In this document: one piece after another, positions 24,265 to 28,608 of the stretch | How positions within the stretch are numbered: position 1 is the first letter of the stretch | How the letters are laid out: each line of letters opens with the position of its first letter | Source of the DNA: a virus | Taxonomy: Duplodnaviria; Caudoviricetes | Length of the DNA: 28,608 bases | Reading direction: 5' to 3' (one strand) | Virus record (IMG/VR): IMGVR_UViG_3300012038_000301 | Location: 1-28,608 of that record | The notes under the pieces: generated by a model | What the model was told of the DNA's origin: nothing | Seen by the model: only the letters and a program-made list of their open reading frames with translations | Databases searched by the model: none | Position numbers and translations under genes: made by a program

Positions 24265-26697
24265 ATGGCCGGAGCGTTCACTGGCGACTCGCGCCTCCCC
24301 GACCGCGGCCCGGGGATCGTCCCGGCGCAGGACTTCTCGTGGAAGGACCGCGGCGTCCCGCTCCGCAACCGTGGAGGCCGCCTCGCCGTCCGCATCGCCG
24401 GGCGGCAGGTCCGCACGGGCGACATCGCAGGGCGCTGGGTCTACGCGGACAAGACGCTCGGCGACGTGACGGGCCTGTTCCTCTGGCCGGCCGGGGGGCG
24501 CGAGCTGCCGACGTGGCGCGAGGCGATGCCTGTTGTCCGCATCGGGGAGGAGGGAGAAGGCGACGGCGAGGAGATCGAGAAGCCGGGCCTCTCCGGCGAG
24601 ATCGGCTCCGACTCCAGGACGCCAGGAGACAACGCGCAGCAGCAGGACGGGCGGCCCGCGCCGAACGCCGCAACGGGGCCGGGCTCAGAAGGCGGTGGCT
24701 CGCAGACAGGGGCCGGGGGCAAGGGGTCGGGACTGAAGCCCGAACCAACCGAGACAGTCTCGGAGGAGAAGCTCGACGCCGAGGTGCGGCCGACCGCGAC
24801 CAGCGACCGCAAGGAGAACCTCGACTACTCGAGCGCGGTCCCGGCGACGCCGCGCGGTGAGAAGGGCTCGAAGAACAAGGGCCGGGCGCCGTGGCCTGAC
24901 TTCCCGGTCGGCACGCACGGGCTCGTTGTCGCGTCCTCGGACGACCTCGCGCAGATCGTGTACTGGCACCCGACGGACCCCCGGATCGTCGCGGTGAACA
25001 AGAGCGGCAACGTCGGCTGCGGCTCGCTCGTCGTGGACCTCGACAGCAGCTCCGGTTTCGACATGGAACGCTCCGCTCCGATCCATGCGGCGCTCCGCGT
25101 CGTGAAGAAGCCGACAGGAGAGTTCTCGCTGAAGGACAACAAGGAGAACGCGCTCGCTCTCCAGATCGGGCGCTCCGGAAAGAAGGACGTCCTCGCCCTC
25201 GTCTCCGACGGGACCGCTCCGCTCTGCCGGCTGACGGTGCGCGACGGCGGCCCGTTCGATGCCGGGTCGAAGGACGACAAGCACAAGATCGGGGAGGACG
25301 CCGACGGGAACATCATCTCGCCGGAGCACATCAGCGCGCGAGCGTTCTACCGCGACGACGACGGTAACGACGGGCCGATGGAGTTCTCGAAGGTCCCGTA
25401 TCCCATGACTCTCGCGGGCTCGTTCTACGTCCCGGTCTTCCTCTCGTTCGACGCCTCCGCCGTCTACCGCTGGCCGTACTTCGCCGAGGAGAAGCGGCGG
25501 GACGAGGGCATGTGGAAGTGGTGGGCGCCCGTCTTCCTCGGCGCGATCACCGGCTCGCCGCCGACGGGGGGTGGTGGCGGCGGCCCGCCGCCGACGGGGG
25601 GTGGTGGCGGCGGCCCGCCGACGACGGGGGGAGGTGGCGGCGGCGGGCCGACGACGGGGGGAGGCGGCGGGGGCGGGCCGGGAGGAGGAGGACCGCCCCC
25701 AGGCGGCCCGCCGTCGCCAGGCGGAGGGGACCCAGGAGGCGCGACGACGGGCGGAGGGGACCCGTTCGGTGGAGGGGAGTCATTCTGGGACCGAGTGTCG
25801 CGGTTCGCTGGGCTCCGAGGCCGCGGCGGCGGCGGAGACGATGGCAGGGGCGACGGACCGCCGCCCTCCTCCGGTGGAGAGCCGGGAGGCGCGACGACGG
25901 GCTCGATGACGGCGCCGCAGTCGCAGGGCAGCCACCGATCCGGAGCGACGACGCAGGCCGGGCTGATGACAGAGACGGGCTTCCTCGAGCTGTTCGCCCG
26001 CCCGCAGGCCGTCGGCGTCGGCCTCCCCGACCACGCGCACGGCTGGATCCCGCCGCCGGCGAAGGAAGAGTTCGACAAGACGGCTCCGGCGACGCTCAAG
26101 ATCGTCGCCTACGGCAAGCAGAAGGGCGGGCAGTTCGACCGCACGGAGGAGCCGGGCGGCGCGACCCGGTACGCGGGCGGCACGGCGGACGGGGGCGTCG
26201 TTCTCCTCCCGCCCGAGGTCACGATGCTCGACGAGGACGAGGACTACGCGCCCGAGGGCACGGCGGTCTCCTCGTCGTACCTCGTCGCCGCGCCCGGGGT
26301 GCGGGTCGCCTTCGGGAAGCCGGACACGGCCACCGGCGGCGCGAAGGACGCCATCTCCGTCGAGGCGGACGCAACCGGCCGCGTGACGGTTCGGGCGCAC
26401 GCGGCGGACGGGACAGAGACGACGATCCTTGAAATCGACAACGGCATCGTCCGGCTCGCCGATGGGACGAACGTCCAGACTGGATCGGCCACCGGGAGCA
26501 AGATCGGGTCGGACGCGAGCCAGAAGGTCGGGTTCCACGGAGCCACCCCGACGACGCAGGAGAGCGGATGGACTCTGCCGTCCGGTGGATCGGGCCGCAA
26601 GTCCCTCGCCGTCGGCGTGGACACGCTCGAAGAGACGCAGGACACCCTCGCCAGCCTCATCGACTGGGCGCGCAACAAGGGCTTCGTCAGTGCGTAG
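24265..26697 (+). CDS. Tail fibre/spike-like protein with Gly/Pro linkers (810 aa)
   Basis: Position after the hub. Beta-rich domains are separated by disordered linkers. C-terminal GSKIG..ASQKVGFHGATP and a short coiled coil. Confidence 0.55.
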   Translation: MAGAFTGDSRLPDRGPGIVPAQDFSWKDRGVPLRNRGGRLAVRIAGRQVRTGDIAGRWVYADKTLGDVTGLFLWPAGGRELPTWREAMPVVRIGEEGEGDGEEIEKPGLSGEIGSDSRTPGDNAQQQDGRPAPNAATGPGSEGGGSQTGAGGKGSGLKPEPTETVSEEKLDAEVRPTATSDRKENLDYSSAVPATPRGEKGSKNKGRAPWPDFPVGTHGLVVASSDDLAQIVYWHPTDPRIVAVNKSGNVGCGSLVVDLDSSSGFDMERSAPIHAALRVVKKPTGEFSLKDNKENALALQIGRSGKKDVLALVSDGTAPLCRLTVRDGGPFDAGSKDDKHKIGEDADGNIISPEHISARAFYRDDDGNDGPMEFSKVPYPMTLAGSFYVPVFLSFDASAVYRWPYFAEEKRRDEGMWKWWAPVFLGAITGSPPTGGGGGGPPPTGGGGGGPPTTGGGGGGGPTTGGGGGGGPGGGGPPPGGPPSPGGGDPGGATTGGGDPFGGGESFWDRVSRFAGLRGRGGGGDDGRGDGPPPSSGGEPGGATTGSMTAPQSQGSHRSGATTQAGLMTETGFLELFARPQAVGVGLPDHAHGWIPPPAKEEFDKTAPATLKIVAYGKQKGGQFDRTEEPGGATRYAGGTADGGVVLLPPEVTMLDEDEDYAPEGTAVSSSYLVAAPGVRVAFGKPDTATGGAKDAISVEADATGRVTVRAHAADGTETTILEIDNGIVRLADGTNVQTGSATGSKIGSDASQKVGFHGATPTTQESGWTLPSGGSGRKSLAVGVDTLEETQDTLASLIDWARNKGFVSA
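25561..25680 (+). repeat. 30-bp tandem repeat, 4 copies (2 exact, 2 degenerate), encoding (P/T)TGGGGGG(P/G)P
   Basis: CCGACGGGGGGTGGTGGCGGCGGCCCGCCG at 25561 and 25591, with variants at 25621 and 25651. Confidence 0.9.
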
Positions 26698-26746
26698 CCG
26701 GTGGTGGCTTCCCGAGCGCCACCCACTAGGGGTAGAGTAGGGGCTG

Positions 26747-26881
26747 ATGGCCGTCTTCGTCAACCCCACGACCCTCGCGCTCGCGGAGAACCAGCCGGAC
26801 CCGTGGCTGGCGATCCCGCGGGACACGGCGGCGGCGGCGGTCATCGCGGCGAAGTACCGGAAGAGGGTGAGTGATGCCTGA
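26747..26881 (+). CDS. Small hypothetical protein (44 aa), possibly the 5' part of the next gene
   Basis: MAVFVNPTTLALAENQPDPWLAIPRDTAAAAVIAAKYRKRVSDA, with GC3-biased codons. ATG lies 8 nt after TAGAGT. Confidence 0.5.
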   Translation: MAVFVNPTTLALAENQPDPWLAIPRDTAAAAVIAAKYRKRVSDA

Positions 26882-27389
26882 GCCCGACTTGACCGACGCC
26901 GAGAAGATCGCGCTGCGGCGCTCCGTGCTGGACGCGGACAGCGTCGGCGCGCGGGCGCAGGCGATCCGTGCTGCGGAGGACGCTCTCGCCGCGGAGTGGG
27001 CGGTCCGCCGCCCGCTGATCGCCGTGGTGGAGGCGCCGCTGCACCAGGCGGTCGCCGCGCACGACGTGGCGGCGGGCGCCGTCCGCCGGTCGCAGGCGTG
27101 GCGCGACGCGCAGGCCGCCGTGGATGCGGCGCTGCGGGCGCTGCACACGCGGGAGCGGACGGTGCGCGTCGCGACCGAGGCGGAGTTCCTCGCCGCGACG
27201 GCGCAGGAGCGCCAGGCGTACCACGCTGCGATCGTCTCGCGGGACGCCCTCACGGTCTCCGCGCGGGCCGCCCTCGCCGCCGCGGCCGCGGAGGTGGAGG
27301 CCGACCCGGTGTTCCGGCAGGCGCACGCGGACGCTGCGGCGGCGCTCGACCCGCTCCGCGGCGCTCTCCTCGCCGCGCTGGAGGCGTGA
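26874..27389 (+). CDS. Ala-rich helical hypothetical protein
   Basis: ORF 26871/26874-27389 with GAGGGTGAG upstream. Abuts the next gene. Confidence 0.6.
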   Translation: MPEPDLTDAEKIALRRSVLDADSVGARAQAIRAAEDALAAEWAVRRPLIAVVEAPLHQAVAAHDVAAGAVRRSQAWRDAQAAVDAALRALHTRERTVRVATEAEFLAATAQERQAYHAAIVSRDALTVSARAALAAAAAEVEADPVFRQAHADAAAALDPLRGALLAALEA

Positions 27390-27390
27390 G

Positions 27391-27876
27391 ATGGCGAACA
27401 AGATCTACCAGGTCATCGAGACCGCGATCACATGGCGGTCCACCGGGGGGACGCACGTCATCACCGGGACGTCGCTCGCCACGCTCGCCGGGCGCCAGGG
27501 GGACCGTCACGACCTGGGGACCGCCGCGGCCCCGCGCCGGTTCCGAGCGCGGCTGAAGTTCGTGCCGGGCGGCACGCGCGTCGTCGGCGAGGGCGTGGAG
27601 CTCTGGCTGAAGACGGGCAACGGAACCGCCGAGGACAACGACGACGGCACGTCCGACGCGGCGCTCTCCGCCGCCGACAAGCTCCGCAACTGCTTGCTGG
27701 TCGGCACCATCCAGATCGACGAGAACGCCGCCGTCGCGATGTCGAGGGGGTGGACCGTGGCGGTGCTGGATCGGTACGTCACGCCGATCATCTACAACCG
27801 CACGACGCAGACGCTCAGTTCGACTGCCTCGGACTTCACGGTCGATCTCGAACCGGTCCCTGACGAGGTCCAGTAG
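27391..27876 (+). CDS. Beta-rich virion accessory protein (161 aa)
   Basis: GGAGG RBS before ATG 27391. ITGTSLATLAGRQG...DLG. Coupled to the LamG gene. Confidence 0.55.
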   Translation: MANKIYQVIETAITWRSTGGTHVITGTSLATLAGRQGDRHDLGTAAAPRRFRARLKFVPGGTRVVGEGVELWLKTGNGTAEDNDDGTSDAALSAADKLRNCLLVGTIQIDENAAVAMSRGWTVAVLDRYVTPIIYNRTTQTLSSTASDFTVDLEPVPDEVQ

Positions 27877-28608
27877 TGCTCGTCCTGCCGGTCCGACCCG
27901 CGGGGCCGCTCTCGATCAACCGGGCGCACCCCCGCGCGCGCTGCCTGCGTGAGGCGGGGGCGTGCGACGAGGCGGGGAGCCTCGTCTCGGTTGGACGGGT
28001 GACGGGCAGGCACGGCATCGTCCGCTCGCGGACGCACTGGATCGAGACGAGCATTGGCCCCGTCTTCAACTTCAGCGCGTCGAACAACGACGTCAAGTGG
28101 GGCACGACCCCGTGGTACGACGCGCTGGGCGCGAAGGTCCTGACCCTCGCGGTCTTGGTCCAGTTCGACCGCATCGGCACAGCGACGAGCGAGGGGCTCG
28201 TCACTCTGTACCGGGGCAGCGGGTCAACACAAGCCTACCTCCGGAAGAATGGCTCGTCTCAGATCCGGCTGAACCTCGATGCGGCGACGTCGCTCACCGT
28301 CACGCCCTCACCGGCCCTCGTGAACGGGCGGTTCTACCGGATCGTCGGCACCTGGGACGGCGCGACCATGCGCGTCTACATCGACGGTCTGCTGCAAGGG
28401 TCGCTCTCCTACTCGACGCCGATCGCTGGGACGCTCGGCGCCGGCGCGCAGCTCCTGATCGGGGCGATGGACGACGCGAACACCTCGCCGCTCGACGGCC
28501 GCATCGCCGAGTGGCAGTACGCCCTCGGCGCCTGCTGGAGCCCCGGCGAGGTCCTCGACGACGCCGCCGACCCGTGGGCGCTCTACCGCGACGACTCGCC
28601 GATCGTGG
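27876..28608 (+). CDS. LamG/concanavalin A-like lectin domain protein (3'-truncated, not in the ORF track)
   Basis: GTG 27876 overlaps the upstream TAG and the frame is open to the window end. Contains GRFYRIVGTWDGATMRVYIDG, LLIGA and LDGRIAE. Confidence 0.85.
   Translation, partial: MLVLPVRPAGPLSINRAHPRARCLREAGACDEAGSLVSVGRVTGRHGIVRSRTHWIETSIGPVFNFSASNNDVKWGTTPWYDALGAKVLTLAVLVQFDRIGTATSEGLVTLYRGSGSTQAYLRKNGSSQIRLNLDAATSLTVTPSPALVNGRFYRIVGTWDGATMRVYIDGLLQGSLSYSTPIAGTLGAGAQLLIGAMDDANTSPLDGRIAEWQYALGACWSPGEVLDDAADPWALYRDDSPIV

Larger units (their letters stand above)
1..28608 (+). mobile_element. Tailed phage/prophage (Caudoviricetes) morphogenesis region with a Mu-like head and a non-contractile tail
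   Basis: Contiguous TerS-TerL-portal-MuF-protease-capsid-neck-tail gene order. No sheath gene recognised, and no element ends lie in the window. Confidence 0.95.

Noticed and set aside
6298-24860. Long alternate-frame + strand ORFs and upstream extensions (6298, 6750, 7460, 8990, 19002, 21424, 22482)
   Set aside because: The extensions overlap well-supported genes. True starts were reassigned to coupled ATGA/GTGA/TGATG junctions, and the remainder are off-frame shadows.
25561-25680. CRISPR-like array
   Set aside because: The units are contiguous with no spacers, and they are in-frame coding repeats.
179-26844. Many long minus-strand ORFs (e.g. 2453-4114, 4895-6484, 8898-10565, 15245-17107)
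   Set aside because: Antisense shadows of GC3-biased genes in high-GC DNA. They are Arg/Pro/Gly-rich with no recognisable motifs.
1-28608. Calling the element a transposable Mu-like phage or a gene transfer agent; tRNA/rRNA genes; intrinsic terminators
   Set aside because: No transposase, element ends or host flanks are visible, and Mu-like head genes also occur in non-transposable phages. No RNA gene or hairpin with a U-tract was recognised.

Overview
High-GC (about 70% by eye) tailed-phage or prophage virion-assembly region, almost entirely on the + strand, with tight start/stop overlaps between genes. Gene order: 3' end of a probable replication initiator with iteron-like repeats; TerS; TerL; Mu gp29/DUF935-type portal; a 7-gene insert (acidic peptide, SAM-methyltransferase fold, WbqC-like, WbpB/WlbA-like dehydrogenase, PIG-L deacetylase, GT4, double GT-A/TPR glycosyltransferase); MuF; two small genes; one antisense MerR/Xis-type HTH gene; Mu I-like protease/scaffold; decoration protein; Mu gpT-like major capsid; neck genes; a non-contractile tail module with a very short tape measure; and fibre/LamG genes running off the right end. 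The two standout signals are (1) the portal is fused in frame to an apparently complete type IB DNA topoisomerase with an intact R-K-R-N-Y catalytic pentad, and (2) a sugar-modification/glycosyltransferase cassette sits between portal and MuF, suggestive of virion glycosylation. All family calls come from motif recognition by eye. No searches were run and the host cannot be determined.
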